A stretch of DNA of 64,000 bases. Origin: Malacoraja senta (lineage: Eukaryota). Below, in pieces: positions 51,487-64,000 of the stretch. The notes under the pieces were generated by a model that saw nothing but the letters and a program-made list of their open reading frames with translations, ran no database searches and was not told the origin of the DNA. Numbering within the stretch: position 1 is the first letter of the stretch; each line of letters opens with the position of its first letter. The translations under genes and the position numbers were made by a program. The stretch spans positions 21,764,001 through 21,828,000 of the forward strand of contig CM075989.1 in NCBI GenBank assembly GCA_038087875.1. The letters are read 5' to 3'.

Positions 51487-51800
51487 AACAGGCCCTTTGG
51501 CCCAACTTGCCCACACTGACCAACATGTCCCAACTACACTAGTCCCACCTGCCCACATTTGGCCCATATCCCCCCTAAACCCGTCCTATCCATGTACCTG
51601 TCTAAATGTTTCTTAAACGTTGCAATAGTACCGCCTCCAGCAGCTCGTTCCACCCACCACACTTTGTGTGAAAATGTTACCCCTCAGGTTCCTATTAAAC
51701 CTTTTCTCCTTCACCTTAAATCTATGTCCTCTGGTTCTTGATTCCCCTACTCTGGGCACGAGACTCTGTGTGTCTCTCCTCTCATGAATGTGTACACCTC
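51487..51800 (-). mobile_element. CR1 LINE 3' fragment
   Basis: Reverse complement of the subfamily at 21000-21350. Confidence 0.8.
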
Positions 51801-52344
51801 GATTAGATCACCACCCAGAAAATATAGAACATGGCTTCCATCAATCTGAACCCAAACTTCCTCTCCCAATGTTCTGTTTGTATATTGTAATGGAATTCTC
51901 TTGTGTATTGTTAGCCGTGTTCAAACCCAAAGTGCTGGAGTTACTCAGCAGGTCAGGCAGCATCTGTGGAGGGACTGGGTAATGATGTTTTGTGTCAGGA
52001 TGTTTCTTCAAACTGATTGTAGTAGGGTAGTAAACCCCCAAATGACACACTTCATACTGATGTTGGGAATAGAGGCTCGAATGCCTTAACGTCTATCTTG
52101 CTTCGGAAGGAACAGAATTGAACTCAAGTTGAACTGCTCAAATTTGGGACATGCACGTCATGACTTGCAACTATGTTGACCAATTAACCTTATAAGTTGC
52201 CCCAAATATACTTCACAGAAGCATAGTCAAATAACATTGATGCCAAACTCCATTCAGAGATATTAGGGCAGAAGAACAAACACTTAATCAAAGAGACAAA
52301 GTACTTGAGTAACTCAGCGGGTCAGGCAACTTCTCTGGAGAAAA

Positions 52345-52615
52345 GGACAATAGACAATAGGTGCAGGAGTAGGCCATTCGGCCCTTCGAGCCAGCACTGC
52401 CATTCACAGTGATCATGGCTGATCATCCACAATCAGTACCCCGTCCCTGCCTTCCCCCCATACCCCCTGACTCCGCTATCTTTAAGAGCCCTATCTAACT
52501 CTCTCTTGAAAGCATCCAGAGAATTGGCCTCCACTGCCTTCTGAGGCAGAGAATTCCACAGATTCACAACCCTCATCCTTCTAAATTCCATAGTATACAA
52601 GCCCAGCCGCTCCAT
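52345..52615 (-). mobile_element. CR1 LINE 3' fragment with internal deletion
   Basis: MERLGLYTMEFRRMR is fused directly to VVNLWNSLPQ. Confidence 0.85.
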
Positions 52616-52628
52616 TCGATCAATAGGT

Positions 52629-52656
52629 GACGTTTCGGGTCGGAACCCTTCTTCAG
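52629..52656 (-). ncRNA. Minimal hammerhead ribozyme core in a PLE pseudo-LTR
   Basis: CUGAAGA-A-GGGU-UCCG-ACCC-GAAAC-GUC. Confidence 0.55.
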
Positions 52657-54408
52657 ACGCGGGAGACTAAAGTGGAGCAAAGGAGAAATGCATTGGAGCG
52701 CACCAGTTCCATAGACAAAGTCCAATGTCCGCAATGGGTTAGAGGTGAATCGGACACTAAAATCGGACAGATGATAAAATGGCAGAGCCATTTATCACAC
52801 AAGAATCATACTGTCACACAATCCTCAATGTTATAAAGAAAAGCAGCTGCCATAACTCCAAGAAAATTGCCCACTATCTCCTTCCCTTTTGTCAGCCTAC
52901 ACGGGCGGCCTCTAATTAGATGTTTTAAAATATAAAAACATGTAGAGCCGACTGATTCACTGGTATGCATTTCCTTTCTTGAAAAAAAATCCTGAGTTAT
53001 GCGCCCCTCAGTAAAAATATGGCTCCCCTTTTAAGAATTCCCAGTAACTGACCGAAGGGTCAAAGCTTAAACGTAGCTCACAGGATTTCAATTTGCAGCG
53101 CGGTTCCATATTATCACAATGCTTGCCCGCTCCAGCAACCTTTTGTAAATAGGGAATTTATCCGGTGGTAGTTCCAAGATCGGAACGTATTATATAGTGT
53201 GATTGCCTGGCTGTCTATAATGTTCATTATACATTGCTTTCCATTTGCGCTGCAGTTTATACACAAGAGCAGACTGCCCACTGTGCACCTGCTGAACGAC
53301 AGGGCTGCTCTGTGAATTATGCATTCCATCTTTAACCTGTATTTGATACGTTACTGCAGCTGATCTCCTCTGTTTAACTACATCCAAATGCATGTCATCA
53401 AGAACCAGCTGAAAACATAAAATAGCTTCTCAAATCGCTTGGCACCCGGGTCAGAGTAAATTAAATAATAAAATCCAAATGGTTTCATCTCATTTTCCGT
53501 CAGCCGAGCTCATACATAAACCCTCTCCCAGTCTGTACCTTTAAGTTTCGCCACAGCCGCTGAGTGTGTTTTTGCAATAAAATAATCCTCCCTAGTTGGC
53601 CACATATTAAAAAGTTAATATACACGACCCTGAAAGTGTAGTTCCGGACATACTCTTCAATCTGTGAAATATTTCTTTTCTGTGTGTGTGTGTGTGTGTG
53701 TGTGTGGCTACAAATACTCAATCTCGTTCAATCCCAACACACATTTTTTTATTTTATTTATACCGAACGGATAAAATACCAAGGATCCGACACTCATTCA
53801 TAGGTTTACAGGCACTGAGACATTAGCAATAATGGGGGCAAACTAAAAACAAAAGTAGAAAAATATGGAAGATTTGCTCGACAATTTATATTAAGGTGGT
53901 GGTCAAATGAGTTGGTTATTAGCCATTTTATTCAGCTTGTCTCTATTGTCAAAGATTAATATGTACTTTGCTTACATATGTAGGGAATGAATGTAGAAGG
54001 GATCCATTTTAATGTTTCTGTTGAGCCACATTTGGCAATAGCCGTCAACAGACATGAGGAAAGATCATGTCTATGCTGAACAAAATCATAACCATATTTT
54101 AGAAAGAATGAATTTTATGAATACAGTCTTTCTGCTCCTTTCTCTATAAAAAATACCTGCAATAACTCAGTGCCGGAATGAAAGGCTAGAACATTTCTTG
54201 TAGGGTTGGAGACAGGATTATTTAGGCGATGCAAACTGCAAACCACACTGCCGTAACTCAGAAATCATCCTCGTCGGGGAATAACCTGAAATACACTGAA
54301 AATCTGTCACAGTAATCACCAGGAATTTGATTTACATTGGTGATTACCCGTGTAGAACAATTCACATCCCTTCTTCCAAAGCTATTTCTAAATCTGAGAA
54401 ACAAAAGT

Positions 54409-54436
54409 CTGAAGAAGGGTCTCAACCCGAAACGTC
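54409..54436 (+). ncRNA. Minimal hammerhead ribozyme core in a PLE pseudo-LTR
   Basis: CUGAAGA-A-GGGU-CUCA-ACCC-GAAAC-GUC. Confidence 0.55.
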
Positions 54437-54883
54437 TATTCAGAGATGCTGCCTGTCCCGCTGAGTTACTCCAGCATTTTGAGTCTATCTTTGGTGTAAA
54501 CCAGCATCTGCACTTCCATCCTACACAAACAACTAATTATACTGGCTTTCAGAGCAAGCCAGTCAATACTGCTCTCTCACCCAGTTCCCTCCTGTAATCA
54601 ATGCTATTCCTTTTGAGAAGTCTGGATTTAGTTTATTTTGGAGATAGATAGGGGGCGGCCAAGGTGGCGCAGTGGTAGAGTTGCTGCCTTACAGCGCTTA
54701 GAGTGCCAGAGACTCGGGTTCGATCCCTACTATGGGTGCTGTCTGTATGGAATTTGTACGTTCTCCCCGTGACTGCGTGAGTTTTCTTCAAGATCTTCGG
54801 TTTCCTCCCTTCACTCCAAAGACATACAGGTTTGTAGGTTATTTGCCTTGGTTTAAGTGTAAATAGTCCCTAGTGTGTGTAGG

Positions 54884-57800
54884 GGGGAAAGAAGAAAACA
54901 ATAATAAACAGAGAATAAGAGGTGGTGGGGTTCTTAAATGGGTGAGCAGAGAAACAGAGGGGTGTAAAATGCGGGCGGAAGCAATAGGTAGCAAGGTGAA
55001 AGGTAAAAGTGGCAGGCAGACAAATCCAGGACAAAAATCAAAAAGAGCCACTTTTCAACATAATTGTATAAGGGGTAAGAGCGTTGTAAAAACAAGTCTG
55101 AAGGCTTTGTGTCTCAATGCAAGGAGCATTCGTAATAAGGTGGATGAGTTGAACGTGCAGATAGCAATTAATGATTATGATATAGTTGGGATCACGGAGA
55201 CATGGCTCCAAGGTGACCAAGGCTGGGAGCTGAACATCCAGGGATATTCAATATTCAGGAGGGATAGAGAGAAAGGAAAAGGAGGTGGGGTGGCGTTGCT
55301 GGTTAGAGAGGAGATTAACGCAGTGGAAAGGAAGGACATTAGCTTGGAGGATGTGGAATCGGTATGGGTAGAGCTGCGAAACACTAAGGGGCAGAAAACG
55401 CTGGTGGGCGTTGTGTACAGGCCACCTAGCAGTAGTAGTGAAGTTGGGGATGGCATCAAACAGGAAATTAGAAATGCGTGCAACAAAGGCAAAACAGTTA
55501 TAATGGGTGACTTCAATCTACATATAGATTGGGTGAATCAAATTGGCAGGGGTGCTGAGGAAGAGGATTTCTTGGAATGTATGAGGGATAGTTATCTAAA
55601 CCAACATGTAGAGGAACCAACGAGAGAGCAGGCTATTCTAGACTGGGTATTGAGTAATGAGGAAGGGTTAGTTAGCAGACTTGTTGTGCGTGCCCCCTTG
55701 GGCAAGAGTGATCATAATATGGTTGAGTTCTTCATTAGGATGGAGAGTGACATTGTTAATTCAGAAACAACGGTTCTGAACTTAAAGAAAGGTAACTTTG
55801 AGGGTATGAGACGTGAATTGGCCAAGATTGACTGGCAATTAGTTCTAAAAGGGTTGACGGTGGATATGCAATGGAAGGCATTTAAAGACTGCATGGATGA
55901 ACTACAAAAATTGTTCATCCCAGTTTGGCAAAAGAATAAATCAAGGAAGGTAGTGCATCCGTGGATAACAAGGGAAATCAGGGATAGTATCAAAGCAAAA
56001 GATGATGCGTACAAATTAGCCAGAAAAAGCAGCATACCAGAGGACTGGGAGAAATTCAGAGACCAGCAGAGGAGGACAAAGGGCTTAATTAGGAAAGGGA
56101 AAATAGATTAAGAAAGGAAACTGGCAGGGAACATAAAAACTGACTGCAAAAGTTTTTATAGATATGTGAAGAGAAAGAGATTAGTTAAATCAAATGTAGG
56201 TCCCTTGCAGTCAGAAACAGGTGAATTGATCATGGGGAACAAGGATATGGCAGACCAATTGAATAACTACTTTGGTTCCGTCTTCACTAAGGAAGACATA
56301 AATAATCTGCCGGAAATAGCAGGGGGCCGCGGGTCAAAGGAGATGGAGGAACTGAGTGAAATCCAGGTTAGTCGGGAAGTGGTGTTGGGTAAATTGAATG
56401 GATTAAAGGCCGATAAATCACCAGGGCCAGATAGGCTGCATCCCAGAGTACTTAAGGAAGTAGCTCCAGAAATAGTGGATGCATTAGTGATAATTTTTCA
56501 AAGCTCTTTAGATTCTGGAGTAGTTCCTGAGGATTGGAGGGTAGCAAACGTAACCCCACTTTTTAAGAAGGGAGGGAGAGAGAAAACGGGGAATTACAGA
56601 CCAGTTAGTCTAACATCGGTAGTGGGGAAACTGCTAGAGTCAGTTATTAAAGATGGGATAGCAGCACATTTGGAAAGTGGTGAAATCATTGGACAAAGTC
56701 AGCATGGATTTACGAAAGGTAAATCGTGTCTGACGAATCTTATAGAATTTTTCGAGGATGTAACTAGTAGAGTGGATAGGGGAGAACCAGTGGATGTGTT
56801 GTATCTGGACTTTCAGAAGGCTTTCGACAAGGTACCACATAAGAGATTAGGATACAAACTTAAATCACACGGTATTGGGGGTTCAGTATTGATGTGGATA
56901 GAGAACTGGCTGGCAAACAGGAAGCAAAGAGTAGGAGTAAACGGGTCCTTTTCACAATGGCAGGCAGTGACTAGTGGGGTACCACAAGGCTCAGTGCTGG
57001 GACCCCAGCTATTTACAATTTATATTAATGATCTGGACGAGGGAATTGAAAGCAACATCTCCAAGTTTGCGGATGACACTAAGCTGGGGGGCAGTGTTAG
57101 CTGTGAGGAGGATGCTAGGAGACTGCAAGGTGACTTGGATAGGCTGGGTGAGTGGGCAAATGTTTGGCAGATGCAGTATAATGTGGATAAATGTGAGGTT
57201 ATCCACTTTGGTAGCAAAAACGGGAAGGCAGACTATTATCTAAATGGTGGCCGATTAGGAAATGGGGAGATGCAGCGAGACCTGGGTGTCATGGTACACC
57301 AGTCATTGAAAGTAGGCATGCAGGTGCAGCAGGCAGTGAAGAAAGCGAATGGTATGTTGGCCTTCATAGCAAGAGGATTTGAGTATAGGAGCAGTGAGGT
57401 TCTACTGCAGTTGTACAGGGTCTTGGTGAGACCACACCTGGAGTATTGCGTACAGTTTTGGTCTCCAAATCTGAGGAAGGACATTATAGCCATAGAGGGA
57501 GTGCAGAGAAGGTTCACCAGACTGATTCCTGGGATGTCAGGACTTTCATATGAAGAAAGACTGGATAGACTTGGCTTATACTCGCTAGAATTTAGGAGAT
57601 TGAGAGGGGATCTTATAGAAACGTACAAGATTCTTATGGGGTTGGACAGGCTAGATGCAGGAAGATTGTTCCCGATGTTGGGGAAGTCCAGGACAAGGGG
57701 TCACAGCTTAAGGATAAGGGGAAAATCCTTTAAGACCGAGATGAGGAAAAACTTTTTCACACAGAGAGTGGTGAATCTCTGGAACTCTCTGCCACAGAGG

Positions 57801-58002
57801 GTAGTTGAGGCCAGTTCATTGGCTATATTTAAGAGGGAATTAGATGTGGCCCTTGTGGCTAAAGGGATCAGGGGGTATGGAGAGAAGGCAGGTACGGGAT
57901 ACTGAGTTGGATGATCAGCCATGATCGTATTGAATGGCGGTGCAGGCTCGAAGGGCCGAATGGCCTACTCCTGCACCTAATTTCTATGTATCTATGTATC
58001 TA
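54884..58002 (+). mobile_element. CR1-clade (HER1-like) LINE, 3.1 kb, 5'-truncated, young
   Basis: APE and RT coding, complete 3' UTR, octamer tail, tgtagg duplicated at 54878-54883 and 58003-58008. Confidence 0.95.
54969..57905 (+). pseudogene. CR1 ORF2 (APE endonuclease and reverse transcriptase) with one in-frame TAA at 56109-56111
   Basis: NARSIRNK, GITETW, GVVYRPP, MGDFN, SDH (APE); YRPVSLTS, QHGF, LDFQKAFDKV, GVPQGSVLGP, FADD (RT). ORFs 54873-56111 and 56166-57905 are in the same frame. Start codon uncertain. Confidence 0.93.
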
Positions 58003-58599
58003 TGTAGGATAGTATTCGTGTGCGGGGATTGTGGTCGGTGCGGACTCGGTGGGCCGAAGGGCCTGTTTCCACGCTGTATCTCCAAATTAAACTGAACTTT
58101 CATGCCTACTATATTCATGCCTACTATATTCTGTTGTGCTGAAGCAAAGCAAGAATTTAATTGTCCTATCTGGGACACGTGAACTAAAATAGATCATGAA
58201 AACAGGCCGTTCGGCCCACTGAGTCCACACTGGCCATCGATCACCCATTTACCCTGGTCCTGTAATTTCACTTTCTATGCACGAGAGGCAATTCTTACAA
58301 CAGCCAATGAATCTTCAAAGCCACATGCCTTTAAGACATGGGAGGAAAACGGAGTCACATGGAGAATGTGAAAACTCCACACCGACAGCACCCGAGGTCA
58401 GGATTGAACCTGAGTCTAATGCACCATAAGCCATCAGCTCTACCACTGTGTCTGCTGCTGAAAGTCTGCAGAGATACACGCTCCTACAATACGGCATTTC
58501 AAAAGACAAGCAGTGTATACACCCTTCAAGAGCAATTGGGGCAAGTGAAAGGGATTGAAAACCAAACGTTTCATGAGGAGTTTAGTTGTTTGTAATTCA

Positions 58600-58865
58600 G
58601 CGAGTCCGTGTCGACCAGCGATCCCCGCACACTTACACTATCCTACACACACTAGGGACAATTATACATTTATAACCAAGCCAATTAACCTAATAATCTG
58701 TACGTCTTTGTGGTGTGGGAGGAAACCGGAGATCCTGGAGAAAACCCACGCAGGTCACAGGGACGACGTACAAACTCCGTACAGACAGCACCCGTAGTCA
58801 GGATCGAACCCGGGTCTCTGGCGCTGTGAGGCAGCAACGCTACCGATGCGCCACCGTGCCACCAC
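58600..58865 (-). mobile_element. HE1-like V-SINE
   Basis: Head and V-domain on the minus strand. Confidence 0.85.
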
Positions 58866-59637
58866 CGTGACTAAAGACTTCCATGCAGGCTTGGCCAAGT
58901 TGAGATGAACTGGAGTCCAACTGCAGATACATTTCACCACCACTAAGCTTGCCACTGAATCCAACAGCAGAGCAGTGAAGAGAGAATCTGCCACCTCTTG
59001 ACTCTTGACGCTTGCTCTATCCTGGCAGCCGTGAAGATGTTCTTCAACAGTAGACTCACTTCCCATCACCAAGTGCACAAAAGTAGCTGCCTGTGGGAAT
59101 GAAGGAAGCAATGCTTGTAGCTCATTGGGGGTGAAAGTCACATTAACAATTTTTTGACTGCATTTTGACATCAATTGCCCCCTTATTTGCTACATACAAA
59201 TCTGCAAAAATTTCACTTTAACTTCTTGGCAATGCCGATGCGAGTTAGAGCAACTTTATGTGTTTGTCACAAATGAAAGACAGATTTTTTAACCTTATTT
59301 TCTTTTCATAGACTCAGAAATATTGGTTGGATTTTTTTATATTTCTCCAGAGTGGTTGCCTGACCCATTGAATTACCCCAGTATTTTGTGTCTATCTTCG
59401 GTTTAAACTAGCATTTGCAGTTCCTTCCAATACGTGAAATTCATCCCAGTCTGGTGTGATTTAACTTTCTCCTCTGTGTCTCCTAGTCTACCTGTCTCTC
59501 TATCCGTTTCTCTGCCTGTCTCTCTTTCTGTCTCTCTTACGCGCGTATGTTCTCTCTCTCCTTGATTGCAAGAGTTCTCAGTAAAATAACTTTAAACACG
59601 GTGGCACGGCGGCGTTGCAACAGAACTACTGCCTTAC

Positions 59638-60037
59638 AGTTTAGTTTAGTTTAGTTTAGAGATACAGCGTGGAAACAGGCCCTTCAGCCCATCAAGTCCG
59701 TGCCGACCAGCGATCCCCGCACACCAGCACTCTCCTGCACACTAGGGATTTTGACAGAATTTTTAGAGGACTGTGTACAATCTCAATTAAAATACAGTAC
59801 AATTTTCACAGAAGCCAATTAACCTACAAACACGCACACCTTTGGAGTGTGGAAGAAAACCTGAGCACCCGGCGAAAAAAAACCTGCTGTCACGGGGAGA
59901 ACGTGCAAACTCCGTAGAGACAGCACCCGTAGTCACAGCTGTTTCCTCAGACTATAATACTTTCCTCAAGTATGTAGTCAGGATCGAACCCGGGTCTCTG
60001 GCGCTGTAAGGCAGCAACACTACCGCTGTGCCGCGCC
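59638..60037 (-). mobile_element. HE1-like V-SINE carrying a locally templated insertion
   Basis: SINE consensus is interrupted at 59931-59976. Confidence 0.85.
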
Positions 60038-60920
60038 CAAGTTGATTAACAAAAAAAATGTTACCATGCTCCGATCACTTAAATTGCTGCAAATGATTAA
60101 AAAGAATAGGGTTACCTATGATTGGGAGAGACACGTATAAAAAAATGTTGGAACTACTTAGCAACTTGTTACCTACTTCTCTTGGGAAGCAGTTATTATT
60201 CTTAGGATACATGGTTACCATGTATATTTATTACCAATGCAGCAAATATTGCAAATTGACCTATTGAGACGGGCATCTTAAGCTGCGGTATATTTGAACA
60301 GTGTTAAGTAGATTTAATTTTATGTGTAGCCGCGTGAGATAGCAAGAGAAACAAACTGGAGCTTCCAATCCAAATTGGTGGATTATTCTATAGGATTAGA
60401 AATGGTTAATCTTCAATGCATTCCAAGAAAATGGATTAATTCATGCCCGCGCCCCGGCTGCTTCTGATTGCATTAATACGGAATTAAAAACATTTACTTT
60501 TCTGAACTCTCCCTTTATTTTGTTTATTGGTCGAGTCACAGCTGTTTCCTCAGACTATAATACTTTCCTCAAATATGTACCGTTCTCATGCCCCAACTCC
60601 TGAAGGGTTCTTTCCATTCGCTTCCCAAAAATGATCCTTTGGACGAAACCAAACTGTTAAACCTCGCAGTTTCCCAGAGTACTGCCGTAAACACTTCCAC
60701 CGCTCAAGAACATGATGCTTTAATGTAACATACAGAACAACAGAGATGATGCCTTAAACCTGCTGGGGTGTGCATTCTCATGATAATTTCTTTGGGGACA
60801 TTCACAGCTACACCACCCAGAACTATATTCTGCACTCTTTATCTATTCCTTCGCTCTACCTGTTGTACTTGAGTTTGGCTTGATTGTATTTATGCATAGT
60901 ATATAATATAGCATTATCTC

Positions 60921-61552
60921 GTTTAGTTTAGAGATACAGCGTGGAAACAGGCCCTTCAGCCCTGTCTGTGCCACCCAGCGATCTCCACACACCAGCACTA
61001 CCCTGCACACACTAGGGATAATTCTACATTTACACCAAGCCCATTAACCTAGAAACATAGAAACATAGAAACATAGAAAATAGGTGCAGGAGGAGGCCAT
61101 TCGGCCCTTCGAGCCAGCACCACCATTCATTGTCATCATGGCTGATCGTCCCCAATCAATAACCCATGCCTGCCTTCTCCCCATATCCCTTGATTCCACT
61201 AGCCCCTAGAGCTCTATCTAACTCTCTCTTAAATCCATCCAGTGATTTGGCCTCCACTGCCCTCTGTGGCAGGGAATTCCACAAATGCACAACTCTCTGG
61301 GTGAAAAAGTTTTTTCTCACCTCAGTCCTAAATGGCCTCCCCTTTATTCTAAGACTGTGGCCCCTGGTTCTGGACTCGCCCAAACCTGTATGTCTTTGGA
61401 GTGTGGGAGGAAACCAAAGATCTCGGAGAAAACCCACGCAGGTCACGGGGAGAATGTACAAACTCCGTACAGACAGCACCTGTAGTCAGGATCGAACCCG
61501 GGTCTCTGGCGCTGTAAGGCAGTAATGCTACCAATGCGCTGCCAAGCCGCCC
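60921..61552 (-). mobile_element. HE1-like V-SINE split by a CR1 3' fragment (about 61050-61382)
   Basis: SINE sequence attaaccta|caaacctgta is interrupted by CR1 GESRTRGHSLRIKG...GYGEKAG with a (tttctatg)n tail. Confidence 0.88.
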
Positions 61553-62494
61553 TACATATTTATTGTAGTGATTGTATATATGTATATTCTATTTATGTAT
61601 ATTGCATAATATAGTATTCTCTCATTTATTTGGATAGCACGTTAAACAAAGCTTTTCACTGTACCTCTGTACACATGACAATAATAAACTTAAACCTAAA
61701 CCTCCACTCTCCACTTGGCTGTTATAAGATTCAAATACATAGATGGAGGTCACGAAGATTCATTTTACTCTCTGTATGGATTTAACATTCAATATGTGTT
61801 CTGCTGTGGGATAATAAAGGCGCTGATTACTTCAATCAAGAAACAACACACCTCTTACCGTTATAAATCAGGGCAGACTGTTTTTTTAAAAATGTTTGTT
61901 GTAATTTAACTTTCGAACACTGATGCAGTGATGTCTTAATTTGAGGTACACGCTTCGAAATGACTTTCAACACATGAACGCAGAATGCGGGTGTACAACA
62001 TGTTTTTCTCGATACACACACTTTTAACTAAAACATTAACCCATTAAAAAATAAACAGGTTGATGCCTTTGTTGAAACAGTTGGGAAAGGAATGTCATAC
62101 ACGGTGTCAAATGTTCATACACTAACATTGTAACTGTCAGTTCGAGGGGTAGGGCAAAGTTTGAGACGATAGAGATGTTTTAACAACCCAATACTCTCTA
62201 TGGGAATATGTAATGCCAATGGTATAGTTGACTATGTGACCAAATGAGGTGTGAGAATTAGTTACATATCTACGATTTATTACTGACATTGCATGCTGCA
62301 CAATGTAACACACAACTAGTGCACAGAATTGGCTAGAATTGTTTTCAATTTTAGCTGCAATCCAGGTCAAACAACTGTCTCTCATGTAAGGAAACAATTT
62401 TCTCAGTATCATGTAATTTTCTTGCTTTGAGATTCTGACGATTAGCTGGTGTTTTAAACCAACAAACAGACAACTTTGTATTGAAGTTTCAGCA

Positions 62495-62965
62495 GGGTGG
62501 CGCAGCGGTAGAGCTGCTGCCTCACAGCGCCAGAGACCCGGGTTCGATCCTGACCACGGGGGCTTTCTGTATGGAGTTTCTACGTTCTCCCCCGTGACCG
62601 CGTGGGTTTTCTCCGGGTGCTCTGGTTCCCCCCCCCCACACTCAATAGATGTACAGAATTGAAGGTTACTTGGCTTCAGTTAAAAAATATTGTAAATTGT
62701 CCCCCAGTGCTAGTGTGCAGGGGGGTCGCTGGTCGGTGCGTACTCGGTGGTCCGAAGGGCATGTTTATACGTTGTATCTCTAAAGTCCAAAGCAAAGTTT
62801 AAAGTAACAATTTACTGGTAGAGCTGCTGCCTCGCAGCACCAGAGATCCGGGTTCAATCCTATCCTCGGGATGCTGTGCCAGTGTGGAATTTGCACATTC
62901 TCTCTGTTTCCACCAGCTGCTCCGGTTTCCTCACACATCCCAAAGACATGCAGATTTGTAGGTTA
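62495..62965 (+). mobile_element. Two HE1-like V-SINE copies (full 62495-62790, partial 62815-62965)
   Basis: Heads with B-box gttcgatcc/gttcaatcc and V-domain. Confidence 0.8.
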
Positions 62966-63018
62966 AATGTGTGATGTTTGGTGGACTGTGTGGGGTGGGA
63001 GGACCCATTGCTCCTCCC

Positions 63019-63036
63019 GTGCAGTAGGTGGCGCTG
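63019..63036 (+). promoter_or_regulatory. Candidate CTCF binding site
   Basis: GCAGTAGGTGGCGCTG matches CCASYAGRKGGCRS except at the first base. Confidence 0.45.
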
Positions 63037-64000
63037 CACAGGACAAAGGGAGATGTTTTGTATATAGTTTATCCTGTCTGTAGACACTGTGTGTGTGTGT
63101 GTGCAGCCATATTGAGTTGTCTTGCTGCCAGCATTGGGTAAAGCATTAAAGACTTCTGTTGTAAATTAAAGACTCTCAAGTTTTGTGCAAACCTAGGATA
63201 AGAACACGAAAAAATGGACAAGAAAATGAATGGACAAGAAAGTGGTAATAACATGTAACTGGTGTGAAAGGGTGATCGATGGTTGGCATGGACTGTTTCT
63301 GTATTGTATTTAGTTTTAGAAATACAGCGCGAAAACAGGCCCTTCGGCCCAACGGGTCCGCGCCAACCAGTGATCCCCGCACATTAACACTATCCTACAC
63401 ACACTAAGGACGAATTTTATATGTACCAAGCCAATTAATCAACATACCTCTACGTCTTTATCTATTAACTAAACAATTAAAATACTTGCATTTTGCAAAG
63501 CAACATTTCTTGCAGGGCCTTTCTGTAGGGAGGCACACAGCTGCAAGAATGTACTGAGATTCACTCTCAGTATACTTCTGTTCTCAAAGTGACAACAAGC
63601 AATACTAAATATGGTTTACTCATAGCAAATGTATTCATGAAATATAACCAGATTGCTTAGGCAATCTTACACAATATACCAATATAGTTTAGTTCAGTTC
63701 ATAGATACAGCGCAGAAACTGTTTATTGTGGTGGTAAGGAAAAGTACAAGGTAAAAAAAAAAAGGTAACAATTTTAAAACAATAATCAAACATATCTTCA
63801 ATACAGCTTTGAGTTTGGTAACGTACTTCTGACCCATCTGAAGAATGGTCTCGACCCGAAATGTCACCTATTCTTTTTCTCCAGAGATGATGCCTGACTA
63901 GTTGAGTTACTCCAGTACTTTGTGTCTATCCATGATATAACCCAGCATCTGCAGTTTCTTCTGACAAATTTCTTCCCTCATTGATTTCACCATGCAGAGA

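Larger units (their letters stand above)
54651..58097 (+). mobile_element. HE1-like V-SINE split by the long CR1 insertion (54651-54883 and 58003-58097)
   Basis: Joining the two halves restores tagtgtgtgtaggatagt of the SINE consensus seen elsewhere in the window. Confidence 0.88.

Noticed and set aside
58870..59130. Possible decayed RTE LINE 3' end (also about 17470-17730 and 42760-43040)
   Set aside because: Too degenerate to call by eye.

Overview
Vertebrate nuclear DNA, very probably from a cartilaginous fish (skate or ray). This is inferred from the HE1/V-SINE-type SINEs and HER1/CR1-type LINEs. It reads as gene desert or large intron: I could not support any host-gene exon, and almost every ORF in the track is a translation of repeats. 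Roughly half the window is interspersed repeat. There are over 30 tRNA-derived V-domain SINE copies and about 20 CR1 3' fragments. One near-complete CR1 ORF2 (54.9-57.9 kb) is broken by a single stop codon. There are also a decayed Rex1/Babar LINE with 3' fragments, Penelope-like (PLE) GIY-YIG remnants, and over 20 PLE-derived pseudo-LTR/fold-back elements. DNA transposon content is four PIF/Harbinger-type MITEs and one 8-bp-TSD MITE, alongside tandem repeats and a 200-N gap. Top signal: a TSD-bounded short retroelement (50668-51475, minus strand) whose first base is G1 of a compact 54-nt HDV/CPEB3-like ribozyme fold. Second: minimal hammerhead-ribozyme cores with covarying helix II in the PLE-derived elements. 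Repeat boundaries were read by eye and are approximate unless a TSD is quoted. Family names rest on recalled motifs, not database searches.
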